DNA from: Trebonia sp.
Lineage (GTDB): Bacteria > Actinomycetota > Actinomycetes > Streptosporangiales > Streptosporangiaceae
Assembly: GCA_036391275.1 (NCBI GenBank)
Contig: DASWAE010000016.1
Location: 4,966-68,965, forward strand
Direction: 5' to 3'
DNA length: 64,000 nucleotides
Positions 17,859-28,849 of this stretch are shown one piece after another. Numbering within the stretch: the first letter of the stretch is position 1; each line of letters starts with the position of its first letter. Under the pieces are notes generated by a model. That model was not told the origin of the DNA and ran no database searches. It saw nothing but the letters and a program-made list of their open reading frames with translations. A program made the position numbers and the translations under genes.

Positions 17859-19982
17859 TCAGACGCCGCTCGGCACGCTCGCCGGCTCGTCGTCCCCGAG
17901 GTTCTCCGCCTCGGGGGCCGGCTGGCGGGCGAGCCTGCTTGGCCACCAGACCCAGCGCCCCAGGTCGAGGTTGAGCGCCGTGACAAGCACCGAGCGAACG
18001 ACGATCGTGTCGAGCAGCACGCCGAACGCGACCGCGAACCCCATCTCGGTGAGGAAGGTGATGGGCAGCGTCGCGAGGGCGGCGAACGTGCCCGCGAGGA
18101 CCGCGCCCGCCGAGGTGATGACCCCGCCGGTGACGGCAAGCCCGGTGAAAGCACCGGACCTCGCGCCCTGCCGTTGCGCCTCCTCCCGCACCCTGGTCAT
18201 CAGGAAGATGTTGTAGTCGATGCCGAGGGCGACGAGGAAGACGAACACGAACAGCGGGAACGACGTGTCTTCCGCGCCGAAGTTGAACACGTTGTTGAAG
18301 AACAGCGAGCTCACCCCGAGGGCGGCCGCGAAGGACAGCACCACGGTGGCGATCAGCAGGACGGGCGCGACGAAGGCACGCAGCAGCAGCATCAGGATGA
18401 CGAAGACCACGGCGAGCGTGATCGGGATGATCACCGTCCGGTCATGGGCCGCCGCGCGCTCGACGTCGAGGTTGATCGCGGTGTTCCCGCCGACGAGCGC
18501 GTGCGCGCCGGGGACGGCGTGCACCGCGTCGCGGGCCCGGTCGATGGTCGCGTAGGCGGCCTGGCTATCCGGCGCGGTGGTGAGCGTGGCCTCAAGGTAG
18601 GCGTGGCCCGCGACCGTCGTCGGGTTAGTGATGGCGGTCAGCCCAGGAACCGACTTGAGCGCGGTGGCGAGCCGCGGGCCTGAGCCTGGATTGCCGAAAA
18701 CCTGGACCGGCTGCCCGGCGCCCGCGGGGAAGTGCGCGTCGATCACGGTCTGCCCGGCCACCGAGTCGGGCGTGCCGCGGAACGACTGCGCGGCGGTGAG
18801 CCCGCTCGCGTGCAACCCGGCCAGCCCGGCCGCCATCGCGCCGAGCACGATCACGGTCCCGACCCACACACCGCGCGGCCGCCGGGCGATGCGCCGCCCA
18901 AGCCGCGCCCAGAAACCGGTAGCGGTCGGCTCGGGCGAGCCGAACGCGGGCTTGACCGGCCAGAACACCCACCGCCCGGTTGCGACGAGCAGCGCGGGCA
19001 GCAGGGTCATCATCGACGCGAGCGCGACCGCGACGCCGATCGCGAGCACCGGCCCCATGGACTTGGTGGAGTTAAGCGTGGCGAGGGAGAGGGTCAGCAG
19101 GGATACGATCACCGTTCCCGCGCTCGCCACGATCGCCGGGCCCGCCCGGCGTACCGCGACCGCCATCGCGGCGTGCCGGTCCTCGTGACGGCGCAGTTCT
19201 TCCCGGTACCGCGCGGTGAGCAGCAGCGCGTAGTCGGTTCCCGCGCCGAATACGAGCACGTCGAGGATGCCCGCGGACTGGGCGTTCACGGTCAGCCCCG
19301 CGTGTGCCGCCAGGAGGTAGATGACGGCTTGCGCGGTGGTCAGCGCCACGCCCGCGGAGACAACGGGCAGCAGCCAGGCGACCGGGCTGCGATAGGTGAT
19401 CAGCAGCAGCACGACGACGACGGCGAGCGCGGAGTAAAGCAGCGTGCCGTCGATTCCCTTGAACGCGTTGCCGGAGTCGGCGGCGCTGCCAAGCGGCCCG
19501 GTGACGTGCACCGTCATGCCGTTCGCGCCGGACTCCGCAATGGACCTCATGTCGGTTACGATGGGGCCCGCCTCGCTCCAGCCCTTGCTGCCCAGGTTGA
19601 CCTGGACGATGGTCTCCATCGCCTTGTTGTCGCGGGCGGTGATCGGGCCGATGACCGTCCCCGGCACCGCGCCCTCGATCTTGGCCAGCTTCGCCGCGTC
19701 CGCGGCGGCCTTGGCCTTATCCGCCGCGGTGACCCCAGACGGCCGGTCGTAGACCAGGACCCCCGGGTACACGTTCGGCGAGATCGCACTCGCCCGGATG
19801 TTCAGCACCTGCGTGGACTCAGCCGCTGGCGGCAGCCACGAGGAACTGTCGTTCTTCTCCGCACCAGTGAGCTTCCCGGACAGCGGCCCGGCGACCACCA
19901 CCAGGATCAGCCAGAACAGCACGACCAGCCATTTAGTCCGGCGCCCGGCCGGAGCATAGACAAACGCGCGAATCACCGACAT
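17859..19982 (-). CDS. MMPL/RND family transporter
   Basis: Two repeats with 'FGAGTDYALLL..RYREEL' and 'LVALGIDYNIFLMTRVREE'; about 12 TM segments. Confidence 0.92.
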   Translation of the reverse strand: MSVIRAFVYAPAGRRTKWLVVLFWLILVVVAGPLSGKLTGAEKNDSSSWLPPAAESTQVLNIRASAISPNVYPGVLVYDRPSGVTAADKAKAAADAAKLAKIEGAVPGTVIGPITARDNKAMETIVQVNLGSKGWSEAGPIVTDMRSIAESGANGMTVHVTGPLGSAADSGNAFKGIDGTLLYSALAVVVVLLLITYRSPVAWLLPVVSAGVALTTAQAVIYLLAAHAGLTVNAQSAGILDVLVFGAGTDYALLLTARYREELRRHEDRHAAMAVAVRRAGPAIVASAGTVIVSLLTLSLATLNSTKSMGPVLAIGVAVALASMMTLLPALLVATGRWVFWPVKPAFGSPEPTATGFWARLGRRIARRPRGVWVGTVIVLGAMAAGLAGLHASGLTAAQSFRGTPDSVAGQTVIDAHFPAGAGQPVQVFGNPGSGPRLATALKSVPGLTAITNPTTVAGHAYLEATLTTAPDSQAAYATIDRARDAVHAVPGAHALVGGNTAINLDVERAAAHDRTVIIPITLAVVFVILMLLLRAFVAPVLLIATVVLSFAAALGVSSLFFNNVFNFGAEDTSFPLFVFVFLVALGIDYNIFLMTRVREEAQRQGARSGAFTGLAVTGGVITSAGAVLAGTFAALATLPITFLTEMGFAVAFGVLLDTIVVRSVLVTALNLDLGRWVWWPSRLARQPAPEAENLGDDEPASVPSGV

Positions 19983-20208
19983 GTACCCCGATTTCCTTTC
20001 CTGTCCCGTCTACAGGAGCAGACTCCCCGGCGCGCCGTGAATCATCGCCACGGCACCAGGCCACACATGAGATATATCGCGTTCTCGGAAAGTTTGGCAA
20101 GCCTTTTTCAGTGAATCCTCAGGAACGCGCCGGTTGCGGCAGCCCGGGCAGGAACGGCGCGCGGCAGCGGCATGCGCGATGTCCGCGGGGCGTGGTGTGA
20201 TAGCAGGC

Positions 20209-21408
20209 ATGGCCCTTGAAACGACCGCAGAGGCGCCGGTTCCGGTGCGCACCGTGCTGCAGGCTGTCGGCGGGTGGATCGGCAAGCTCGGCCGGATCTG
20301 GGTCGAGGGGCAGATAGCGGAGTGCAAGAAGCGCGGCAACGCCGTCTTCCTGACCCTGCGGGACCCGCTCGCCGCTGTGTCGGCGCAGGTGATCTGCACC
20401 CGGCAGGTCTTCGACGTGGTGAGCCCCACCGAGGGCGCCCGCGTCGTGATGTTCGTGAAGCCGGATTTCAACGCCACCAGGGGCTCGTTCGCGCTCACCG
20501 CGCTCGAGATCCGCGCGGTGGGGATCGGTGAGCTGCTCGCCCGGCTGGAGCGGCTGCGCAAGGAGCTGGCGGCCGAAGGCCTCTTTGCTGCCGAACGGAA
20601 GCGTGCGCTGCCCTTCCTGCCCGGTGTCATCGGACTGATCTGCGGCCGGGAGTCCGCGGCCGAACGTGACGTGGTGCAGAACGCGCAGCGGCGGTGGCCC
20701 GCGGTCCGGTTCCGTATCGAGCAATCGGCCGTCCAGGGCCCGTACGCGGCGGGCGAGGTCATCGAGGCGCTGCGGAAGCTGGACGCGGATCCCGACGTGG
20801 ACGTGATCGTGATCGCCCGGGGCGGCGGTTCCCTCGAGGACCTGCTCCCGTTCTCCGACGAGGACCTGCTCCGCGCGGTGGCGGCCTGCCGGACGCCGGT
20901 GGTGTCGGCCATCGGGCATGAGCAGGACACCCCGCTGCTCGACTACGTCGCGGACCTGCGGGCCTCTACCCCGACCGACGCCGCCAAGCGGATCGTGCCC
21001 GACGTGGCCGAGCAGCTGGCCCTGATCGCCCAGCTGCGGGACCGGGGACGCCGCAGCATGCGCGGCTGGCTCGACCGTGAGCAGGCATGGCTGGACGCGA
21101 TCAGGTCGCGGCCCGCCATCGCCGACCCGGTCCGGGAGGTCGAGCGTCAGGCGGAGCAGACCGACGCGCTCGCGCAGCGTGCCCGCCAGTGCCTGGACGC
21201 GAGCCTGAACCGGGCGGGTGACGACATCGCGCACATGAAGGCCAGGCTGCTGGCGTTGTCGCCCGCGGCCACGCTCCGCCGCGGCTACGTGATCGCGCAG
21301 AACGCCGACGGCGGTGTCGTCCGCGCCGCGGCTGAGGTCTCCCCCGGTGAGGAACTGCTGCTGCGGTTCGCCGACGACGAACTGATCGTCACCGCGGACA
21401 CCGAATAG
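20209..21408 (+). CDS. xseA: Exodeoxyribonuclease VII large subunit
   Basis: [50 protein letters not shown]. Confidence 0.96.
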   Translation: MALETTAEAPVPVRTVLQAVGGWIGKLGRIWVEGQIAECKKRGNAVFLTLRDPLAAVSAQVICTRQVFDVVSPTEGARVVMFVKPDFNATRGSFALTALEIRAVGIGELLARLERLRKELAAEGLFAAERKRALPFLPGVIGLICGRESAAERDVVQNAQRRWPAVRFRIEQSAVQGPYAAGEVIEALRKLDADPDVDVIVIARGGGSLEDLLPFSDEDLLRAVAACRTPVVSAIGHEQDTPLLDYVADLRASTPTDAAKRIVPDVAEQLALIAQLRDRGRRSMRGWLDREQAWLDAIRSRPAIADPVREVERQAEQTDALAQRARQCLDASLNRAGDDIAHMKARLLALSPAATLRRGYVIAQNADGGVVRAAAEVSPGEELLLRFADDELIVTADTE

Positions 21409-21418
21409 GATCAGTAAC

Positions 21419-21697
21419 GTGACAGACCGTGAATCCATCTCCTACGAGCAGGCACGCGACGAGCTCGCCGCGGTGGTGCGGCGGCTCGAGGCGGGCGGCC
21501 TCACCCTCGAGCAGTCGCTCGACCTGTGGGAGCGTGGCGAGAAGCTGGCCGCGGTCTGCGCCGAGTGGCTGGACGGCGCCCGCGCCCGGCTCAGCACCGC
21601 CATGGCCACGCGGGACGCCGCCGACCCGGGCGGGACGGGCAGGACGGGCAACACGGCGAGAAACGACGGCCCGGACGCCCAGGACACCCCTTTTTAA
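21419..21697 (+). CDS. xseB: Exodeoxyribonuclease VII small subunit
   Basis: 'SYEQARDEL..VVRRLEAGGLTLEQSLDLWERGE'; follows xseA. Confidence 0.95.
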   Translation: MTDRESISYEQARDELAAVVRRLEAGGLTLEQSLDLWERGEKLAAVCAEWLDGARARLSTAMATRDAADPGGTGRTGNTARNDGPDAQDTPF

Positions 21698-21781
21698 ACC
21701 TTTCCGGGCCTCGCGCTTTACCCCGCTAAGTCACACCCGCGCGGGATACCCGCTGGCCGCCGGGCATTCTAGGCTGTAGAC

Positions 21782-22420
21782 ATGCGCGTGGATATCTGGA
21801 GCGACATCGTCTGCCCATGGTGCTACGTCGGCAAGGCCCGGTTCGAGCGGGCGCTGAGCGGCTTCGCGCACCGCGACGAGGTCGAGGTGGTCTACCACTC
21901 GTTCGAACTCGACCCCGGCTACCCGGCGGACAAGCACGGGGAGACGAACCTGCAGATGCTCGCACGTAAATTCGACGTGTCGGTAGAGGAGGCACGCGGT
22001 GCGGACGGCCGGGTGGCGAGCCTGGCCCACGCGGAGGGGCTCGGCTTCGACGTGGAACGGCCAATCGGCAACACCTTCGACCTGCACCGGGTCATCCACC
22101 TAGGCCTGGCGAAGGGCGTGCAGCGGGACCTGCTCACGGCCGTGAACGAGGCGTACTTCGCGCAGGCGCGGCAGGTATTCGACCACGACGTGATCACCGG
22201 TGTCGCCGCCGGGGCGGGCCTTGACCCGGCCGCGGTGCGTGAGGTGCTCGACGGCCACGCCTACGCCGCCGAGGTGCGCCAGGACGAGGCCCAAGCGCAC
22301 CAGCTCGGTATCAGCGGCGTCCCTTTCTTCGTGCTTGACATGCGGCTCGGGATATCCGGCGCACAGCCGACCGAGCTGTTCACCAGGGCATTCGACCAGG
22401 CAATGGAGCAGCATGACTGA
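21782..22420 (+). CDS. DsbA family (FrnE-like) oxidoreductase
   Basis: '[14 protein letters not shown]', 'GISGVPFF', 'SGAQP'. Confidence 0.92.
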   Translation: MRVDIWSDIVCPWCYVGKARFERALSGFAHRDEVEVVYHSFELDPGYPADKHGETNLQMLARKFDVSVEEARGADGRVASLAHAEGLGFDVERPIGNTFDLHRVIHLGLAKGVQRDLLTAVNEAYFAQARQVFDHDVITGVAAGAGLDPAAVREVLDGHAYAAEVRQDEAQAHQLGISGVPFFVLDMRLGISGAQPTELFTRAFDQAMEQHD

Positions 22421-23447
22421 CGAGAGCGGCACCGCAGGCATTCCCGGCACGCCCCAGCCCGCTAAGCAGGCGCCGAACAGGAACCTGGCGCTCGAACTCG
22501 CCCGGGTCACCGAGGCGGCGGCGATGGCGGCGGCCCGCTGGGTAGGACGCGGCGACAAGAACGGGGCGGATGGCGCGGCCGTGAACGCGATGCGCACGCT
22601 GATCAACTCCGTGTCCATGCGCGGCGTCGTGGTCATCGGCGAGGGCGAGAAGGACCACGCCCCGATGCTGTTCAACGGCGAGGAGGTGGGCGACGGCACC
22701 GGCCCGGCCGTCGACGTCGCCGTGGACCCCATTGACGGCACCCGGCTGTGCGCCAACGGCATGCCGAACGCGGTGTCCGTCCTCGCGGTCGCCGAGCGCG
22801 GGTCGATGTACGACCCGTCCGCCGTGTTCTACATGACCAAGCTGGCCACCGGTCCGGAGGCGGCCAGCGTGGTGGACCTCGACGCGCCGCCCGCGGCGAA
22901 CATCGCCGCCGTGGCGAAGGCGAAGGGCGTCACGCCGCACGATGTCACCGTGGTCATCCTGGACCGGCCGCGGCACGAGGGGCTGATCAAGGCGGTGCGC
23001 GCGGCCGGCGCCCGGATCCACCTGATCACCGACGGGGACGTGGCGGGCGCCATCATGGCGGCCCGCGAGGGCACCGGCATCGACCTGATGCTCGGCATCG
23101 GCGGCACGCCGGAGGGCATCGTCGCGGCCTGCGCGCTCAAGTGCATGGGCGGCGTGATCCTCGGCAAGCTCGCCCCGCGGGACGACGACGAGCGCCGCCG
23201 GGCACTGGACGCCGGCCATGACCTCGACCGGGTGCTCACCACCGACGACCTGGTCTCCTCCGAGGACTGCTTCTTCGCCGCGACCGGCATCACCGACGGC
23301 GAGCTGATGTCCGGCGTGCGCTACAAGCCGGGCGGCGCGACCACCCACTCGCTGGTGATGCGCTCGCGGTCTGGCACGATCAGGTCGATCACCAGCGAGC
23401 ACGCGCTGTGGAAGCTGAGCGCCTACTCCACCGTGAATTACGACTAA
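22413..23447 (+). CDS. glpX: Class II fructose-1,6-bisphosphatase
   Basis: '[13 protein letters not shown]', '[14 protein letters not shown]', 'VDPIDGT', 'DGDVAG', 'GIGGTPEG'. Confidence 0.96.
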   Translation: MTDESGTAGIPGTPQPAKQAPNRNLALELARVTEAAAMAAARWVGRGDKNGADGAAVNAMRTLINSVSMRGVVVIGEGEKDHAPMLFNGEEVGDGTGPAVDVAVDPIDGTRLCANGMPNAVSVLAVAERGSMYDPSAVFYMTKLATGPEAASVVDLDAPPAANIAAVAKAKGVTPHDVTVVILDRPRHEGLIKAVRAAGARIHLITDGDVAGAIMAAREGTGIDLMLGIGGTPEGIVAACALKCMGGVILGKLAPRDDDERRRALDAGHDLDRVLTTDDLVSSEDCFFAATGITDGELMSGVRYKPGGATTHSLVMRSRSGTIRSITSEHALWKLSAYSTVNYD

Positions 23448-24043
23448 GGGATCTGCCGCCGCGATCCGCGCAACCAGCGGCGCGGGCGCGGCGGCGTCCG
23501 CGCCAGGACCTCGCTGGCGGCCACGTGACCGCGAACCTCGATCACCGGGATGTCCGATGACGTGGGCACTCGCCTGGCCGTCCCGCCGCGCTGGCGGCCG
23601 AGGATGTTGTTGCCGCTCATGACGACCTCCACGCCGGCCGGCACGATCAGCCGCACCCGCCCGAACAGGGCGTAGACCGTGACGACCACGTGCCGGTCCT
23701 GCAGGATGGCCTCGGTGAAGTCCAGGATCACCTCGCCGAACGCGGCCACGCAGGTCACGGCGGCCGGCACCACCCAGCGGCCGCGCCGGTCCGTCGTGGT
23801 GAACAGCGCCGCGACCTGCTGGCCACCTTCCAGCTGAACGGGCTGGTGCTCGGGCGCAGCGAGGTCTCCGGTCAGCGCCGCCAGGTCGCCAAGGGTGCGG
23901 GCGGACAGGGCAAGCGGCATCCGTTCCGCATATTCATCATGGGAAAGGCGGCCGTCGGCGAGCGCCTCGCCCAGCATCGCGACAACGCGCTCCCTGTCGT
24001 TGTCGGATGCACGCAAGTCGCGGGGCGCTGGGCGCGGGGGCAT
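23444..24043 (-). CDS. DUF1707 (SHOCT-like) domain protein
   Basis: '[22 protein letters not shown]' N-terminus followed by a beta-rich LiaF-like region. Confidence 0.85.
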   Translation of the reverse strand: MPPRPAPRDLRASDNDRERVVAMLGEALADGRLSHDEYAERMPLALSARTLGDLAALTGDLAAPEHQPVQLEGGQQVAALFTTTDRRGRWVVPAAVTCVAAFGEVILDFTEAILQDRHVVVTVYALFGRVRLIVPAGVEVVMSGNNILGRQRGGTARRVPTSSDIPVIEVRGHVAASEVLARTPPRPRRWLRGSRRQIP

Positions 24044-24065
24044 GCTCTGAAGGATACTTTTCCGC
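24044..24065. promoter_or_regulatory. Compact bidirectional leaderless promoter
   Basis: Only 22 bp separate the divergent ATGs; + strand GATACT-7nt-ATG and - strand TATCCT-7nt-ATG overlap in AGGATACT. Confidence 0.6.
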
Positions 24066-25400
24066 ATGACAGACGTGCAGCGCCGGGCCATGCAGGAACG
24101 GATTTCGCTAACCCGTTTTCTCTACGCCGACCACGGCGGGATCATCCGGGGAAAGGCCGCCGCCACCGCCCGGCTGGCGGAGCGCACGGAGTCGGGCATC
24201 GGCCATACCCGGGCGATGATGGCGATGTCGATGATGGACGAGCTCGCCCCGGTTGACGGGATGGGGCCGGTCGGCGAGATCCGGATAATTCCCGACCCCG
24301 ATACGTTCGTGGCGCTCCCTTACGCGCCTGGCGCGGCGGCCATGCTGGCCGACCAGGTCAATCCCGACGGCAGCCCTTGGGACGGGTGCGCGCGCACCTT
24401 CCTCAAGCAGGCGATCGCGGAGCTGGCCGGCATGGGATATGAGCTGCAGGCGTCGTTTGAGCCGGAATTCAGTCTCGGACATTACGAAGGCGCATCGTTC
24501 ACGCCTATTGATGAAAGCCTCTGTTACTCTGCTACCGGTTTCCACCTGGCGCACGACTATACGATCGACCTCGTCGATGCGCTGATTAAACAGGGTCTAG
24601 AGGTCGAGCACTATTACCCTGAGCTTGGCCACGGCCAGCAAGAGGTACCAATCAGGCACGCGCCGGCGCTGCGCGCCGCGGACAACCACGTCCTGCTGCG
24701 CGAGACAGTGCGCGCCGTCGCCATCCGGCACGGGCTGTGGGCGAGCTTCGCGCCCAAGCCGCTGCCGATGCAGGCGGGCAACGGCGCTCACCTGCATGCC
24801 TCTCTCTGGGCGGACGGCGCCAACGCGTTCGCCGACCCGTCCGGAGAATACGGGCTGTCCGAGGTCGGTTTTAAGTTCCTGGCCGGCGTGCTCGCGCACC
24901 TGCCCGGCCTGGTCGCGCTGACCTGCGGCACGGTGAACAGCTACCGGCGGCTCGCGCCGCAGATGTGGTCGGGTGCTTACCTGTGCTACGGCCCGGACAA
25001 CCGGGAAGCCGCGGTGCGGATCTGCTCGCCGATCGGGGCGGCGGGCTCGGTGAACCTCGAACTGAAGCCGGCCGACTCCACCGGGAACCCGTACCTGGCG
25101 CTCGGCGCGTTCATCTACGCGGGCATCGACGGCATCCGCCGGTCGCTCGATGCGGGCGAGCCGCTGCTCGCCGACCCCGCCGTCCTCGGCCCAGCAGAAC
25201 GGGAACGGCTGTCGGTGGCCAGGCTCCCGTCTAACCTGCGGGCCGCACTCGACGCGCTGGAGACCGACTCCTACCTGATGTCCGCGCTCGGGCCACTCCG
25301 GTCGACGGCTTACCTGGCGGTGAAGCGCTCGGAAGCGGAGCACTTCCGCGTGCATGACGTCGAATACGAGTGCCGCCAGCACTGGCTGAAGTTCTTATGA
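24066..25400 (+). CDS. Glutamine synthetase family protein (probable gamma-glutamyl ligase)
   Basis: 'FEPEF', 'ELGHGQQE', 'FAPKP..AGNGAHLH', 'NSYRRL', 'NREAAVR', 'LELKPAD..NPYL'. Confidence 0.88.
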   Translation: MTDVQRRAMQERISLTRFLYADHGGIIRGKAAATARLAERTESGIGHTRAMMAMSMMDELAPVDGMGPVGEIRIIPDPDTFVALPYAPGAAAMLADQVNPDGSPWDGCARTFLKQAIAELAGMGYELQASFEPEFSLGHYEGASFTPIDESLCYSATGFHLAHDYTIDLVDALIKQGLEVEHYYPELGHGQQEVPIRHAPALRAADNHVLLRETVRAVAIRHGLWASFAPKPLPMQAGNGAHLHASLWADGANAFADPSGEYGLSEVGFKFLAGVLAHLPGLVALTCGTVNSYRRLAPQMWSGAYLCYGPDNREAAVRICSPIGAAGSVNLELKPADSTGNPYLALGAFIYAGIDGIRRSLDAGEPLLADPAVLGPAERERLSVARLPSNLRAALDALETDSYLMSALGPLRSTAYLAVKRSEAEHFRVHDVEYECRQHWLKFL

Positions 25401-25505
25401 GCCCGCTGAATTTGACCGTTTCTGGGACCGGGGCTCCCAGGTTTCCTACTCAGACGCCGGTTGTTACGCCCGGGCGTGGCAAATTCAGCAGACTCCCAGT
25501 GCTGG
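25399..25505. repeat. Long-loop inverted repeat (MITE/REP-like)
   Basis: GCTGAATTTG (25405-25414) and CAAATTCAGC (25490-25499), extendable to ~16 bp with mismatches, between convergent genes. Confidence 0.4.
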
Positions 25506-25568
25506 CGGCATCGCACGCTCCCGTTCGGCTGCATCCATCCGGCTAGCCTGGCTGGCTAGCCAGCCCGG

Positions 25569-27236
25569 CTAAGCCAGCGGCGTCCCGTCGTCCGGCGGCC
25601 GGGGCCGCGTAGGGTCGTCCTGCCCGCCGAACCGCGGGTCGATTACCGAGGAACCGGGGTCCTGGCTCTCGGTCCCGGCGATCGTGGAGTCCCGGCCCCG
25701 GCCACGGATCGGCGGCACGGTGGGATCGATGCCCTCGGTGTCGACGCCGCTGCGGAAGATGGCCTCCGCCGGCTTGGCGATGACCGACAGCGGCGTGGCC
25801 ACGTCCTCAAGCGACTTGCCCTCGGCGGCGACGCCGAAGAAGATGGCGATCACGCCGCCGATCACCATCGCCCCCGCACCCACCAGGTAGCCCACGAACA
25901 GGCTGTTGCGGTCCTGGCCGGTACCGATGAGGTGCCCGTACCAGTGCGAGCCGAACGCGCCGAAGATCTGCGCGATGGCGAAGAACACCGCGATGGACTG
26001 CGCGCGGACCTCGAGCGGGAAGACCTCGCTCGCGGTCAGGTAGCCGGCGCTCGCACCCGCCGAGGCGAAGAAGAACACCACCGCCCAGCAGAGCGTCTGG
26101 GTGGTCGCGTTGAGCATCCCCGCGTCGAACATCCAGGCGCTGATGGCGAGCAGGACGCCCGCGGTGATGTAGGTCCCCGCGATCATCTGCCGCCGGCCGA
26201 TCGTGTCGAACAGCCGCCCGATGGTCAGCGGGCCGAGCAGGTTACCGGCCGCGAACGCGAAGAAGTAGTAGGCGGTGTCGGTGGCCTTGACGTGGAAGAA
26301 GTACTCCAGGACCAGGCCGTAGGTGAAGAAGATGGCGTTGTAGAGGAACGACTGGGTGATCATCAGCGCGGCGACGAGGACGGACCGCGTCGGGTACCGC
26401 CGGAACAGCGTCGCGAGCAGGTGACCGTAGCCGATCCGCTCCGCGGGGCGGATCTCGAGCAGCTTGCTCTCGTCGACCGGCGGGAGATCGCGCTGGCTCT
26501 CGCGGACGGCGTCCTCGATCTCCCTGATCGACCGCTCGGCCGCCTCCTGCCTGCCGTGCATGATCTGCCAGCGCGGCGACTCGGGCAGGTTACGCCGCAC
26601 GTAGATGATGACGAGGGCGAGGACCGGGCCGACGATGTAGGCGACCCGCCAGCCCCAGAACGGCGCGACGTGGTTGAGCAGCCACAGCGTGACGATGGTG
26701 CCGAGGATGGCGCCTGCCCAGTACGTTCCGTTGACCGCGAGGTCGATCCGGCCACGGTACCTGGCCGGGATCATCTCGTCGATCGCGGAGTTGATCGCGG
26801 CGTACTCACCGCCGATACCCATGCCCGCGATGATCCGGGTGGCGTACAGGTAGATGAACCAGTGGCCGCCGTTCGGCGTGATCGCGGTGAGCCCGCTACC
26901 GATCAGGTACACGCCGAGGGTGATGACGAAGAGGTTCTTCCTGCCCAGCTTGTCGGATAGCCGGCCGAAGAACAATGCTCCGATGACCTCGCCGATCAGG
27001 TACCACCAGGCGATGTCACTGACCGCGCCGGCGGACATGTTCATGGTGTTCTTGAGTGTCAGGTCAGACCCGACGTTGGCGGCGATGGTGATCTCAAGGC
27101 CGTCGAGTATCCACGCGACGCCCAGCGCCATCACCAGCCGGGTGTGGAACTTCGACCAGGGCAGCCGGTCGATCCGCGCTGGGATGAGACTTCGGATGTA
27201 CGGGCTGCTCGTCGTCGTGGAGGACATAGTGGCCAT
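25569..27236 (-). CDS. MFS transporter (sugar porter-like)
   Basis: 'GRLSDKLGRK', 'GIGGEYAAI', 'LPESPRW', 'SEVFPLEVR'; 12 TM; SD GAAGGAG before MATMSS. Confidence 0.9.
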   Translation of the reverse strand: MATMSSTTTSSPYIRSLIPARIDRLPWSKFHTRLVMALGVAWILDGLEITIAANVGSDLTLKNTMNMSAGAVSDIAWWYLIGEVIGALFFGRLSDKLGRKNLFVITLGVYLIGSGLTAITPNGGHWFIYLYATRIIAGMGIGGEYAAINSAIDEMIPARYRGRIDLAVNGTYWAGAILGTIVTLWLLNHVAPFWGWRVAYIVGPVLALVIIYVRRNLPESPRWQIMHGRQEAAERSIREIEDAVRESQRDLPPVDESKLLEIRPAERIGYGHLLATLFRRYPTRSVLVAALMITQSFLYNAIFFTYGLVLEYFFHVKATDTAYYFFAFAAGNLLGPLTIGRLFDTIGRRQMIAGTYITAGVLLAISAWMFDAGMLNATTQTLCWAVVFFFASAGASAGYLTASEVFPLEVRAQSIAVFFAIAQIFGAFGSHWYGHLIGTGQDRNSLFVGYLVGAGAMVIGGVIAIFFGVAAEGKSLEDVATPLSVIAKPAEAIFRSGVDTEGIDPTVPPIRGRGRDSTIAGTESQDPGSSVIDPRFGGQDDPTRPRPPDDGTPLA

Positions 27237-27473
27237 GTGCGCTCCTTCGAACCCTTTCCTCCTAGCGGGGGGGAGGAGCGTGGTCTTCCGGCTCACGGCA
27301 AGAGGAAACGGCTCGCTCTTCCTGCCCCCGGTCGCCGCGTCATACGGCGACAATTTCGATCCCGCTACCCCGAAGTATCTTGTGCACACCTAATTACTCA
27401 TCGTTACATATGCAACTCAAGGGGCGCAAGTGACGGCTTGTTCGGCGAGTCGTACCCACATATAGTTAGCTCT

Positions 27474-27950
27474 GTGAACGACGTAAGCACGGCACCGCGG
27501 GCTACCGAACGGGCTAGAGCGGAAGCCGCCGAGTTGCTTGCCGCGATCGGCGCGGTGCGCCGGGTGGCACGGCGCGCCGTCCGGGCCGCGTCGTACGCGG
27601 AGCCGCTGCCGCCCGCCCGCTCCGAGTTGCTCCGGCTCGCCGCCCGGCGGCCCGGCATCGGCGTGGCGGAGGCGGCCGCGGAACTGCGGCTCGCGCCCAA
27701 CAGCGTCAGCACCATGGTCAGCAAGCTGACCGAGGACGGGCTGCTCAGCCGGGACCGCGGCGCGACCGACGGCCGCTCGGTCCGGCTGACCGTCACGGAC
27801 GCGGGCGCCGCGCGGATCGAGCAGTGGCGCGATATCCGCACCGACCTGGCGGGCCGCGCCCTCGAGCGGCTGACGCAGGCCGACCGCAAGGCGCTCGCCG
27901 CCGCGATCCCCGCCCTGACCAGGCTTGCTTCGCAAATGGAGGAGCTGTGA
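27474..27950 (+). CDS. MarR family transcriptional regulator
   Basis: wHTH 'LRLAPNSVSTMVSKL..GLLSR..DGRSVRLTVTDAG'; TATAGT 7 nt before GTG. Confidence 0.88.
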   Translation: MNDVSTAPRATERARAEAAELLAAIGAVRRVARRAVRAASYAEPLPPARSELLRLAARRPGIGVAEAAAELRLAPNSVSTMVSKLTEDGLLSRDRGATDGRSVRLTVTDAGAARIEQWRDIRTDLAGRALERLTQADRKALAAAIPALTRLASQMEEL

Positions 27951-28849
27951 CGGTTGCCTCCCGGGGGGACGACCCCCCGTACCCCCCGGCTGCGCGCCCG
28001 ATGGCAAAGAGCGCCACCATATCGGGCGCGCGGGATCCCGGCGTGCTAGAAGCGGTCGAGTGCGTCGACCTGAGCTACCGGTTCGGCCCGCAGCTGGCCG
28101 TGGACCATGTGAACCTGTCGATCGCGCCCGGTGAGATGTACGGGCTGCTCGGCCCGAACGGCGCGGGCAAGACCACCACGATCAGGATGATCACCACGCT
28201 GCTCGCCCCGCGGACCGGCAGCGTGCGCGTCTTCGGCGTCGACGCGGCCGCGCGGCCGATGCTCGTCCGCCGGGCCATCGGCTACGTGCCGCAGGCGCTG
28301 TCCGCCGACGCGAACCTGACCGGCGTGGAGAACGTGGAGCTGTTCGCCCGGCTGTTCGACGTGCCGCGCCGTCAGCGGAAGGAACGGGTCGCGGAGGCGC
28401 TCGACGCCATGGGGCTGACCGAGGCGGCCGGCCGGCTCGCGGGAACCTACTCGGGCGGCATGATCCGGCGCCTTGAGCTGGCCCAGTCGCTGATCAGCGC
28501 GCCGCGGCTGCTGGTACTCGACGAGCCGACCGTCGGCCTCGACCCGATCGCCCGCGGCGTGGTCTGGGAGTACATCGCCCGGCTGCGCACGGACCACCAG
28601 ATGACGGTCCTGATGACCACCCACTACATGGACGAGGCCGACGCCTACTGCGACCGGATCTCGCTGATGCACCGGGGCCAGATCCGCGTCACCGGCACCC
28701 CCGCCGAGTTGCGGGCCGGGCTGGGCGACGACGCCACGCTCGACGACGTCTTCCGCCACTACACCGGCGACACCCTGGACAAGGCCCCCGAGGAAGGAGG
28801 CATCCGTGACGTACGTCGCGCCCGGCGCACCGCCCGCCGGCTTGGCTGA
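27947..28849 (+). CDS. ABC transporter ATP-binding protein (DrrA-like)
   Basis: GPNGAGKTT, YSGGM, LVLDEPT, TTHYM. Start is GTG 27947 (coupled) or ATG 28001. Confidence 0.92.
   Translation: MTVASRGDDPPYPPAARPMAKSATISGARDPGVLEAVECVDLSYRFGPQLAVDHVNLSIAPGEMYGLLGPNGAGKTTTIRMITTLLAPRTGSVRVFGVDAAARPMLVRRAIGYVPQALSADANLTGVENVELFARLFDVPRRQRKERVAEALDAMGLTEAAGRLAGTYSGGMIRRLELAQSLISAPRLLVLDEPTVGLDPIARGVVWEYIARLRTDHQMTVLMTTHYMDEADAYCDRISLMHRGQIRVTGTPAELRAGLGDDATLDDVFRHYTGDTLDKAPEEGGIRDVRRARRTARRLG
27961..27989. repeat. G6/C6/C6 short palindromic element
   Basis: CCGGGGGG-ACGA-CCCCCC-GTA-CCCCCCGG. Confidence 0.5.
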
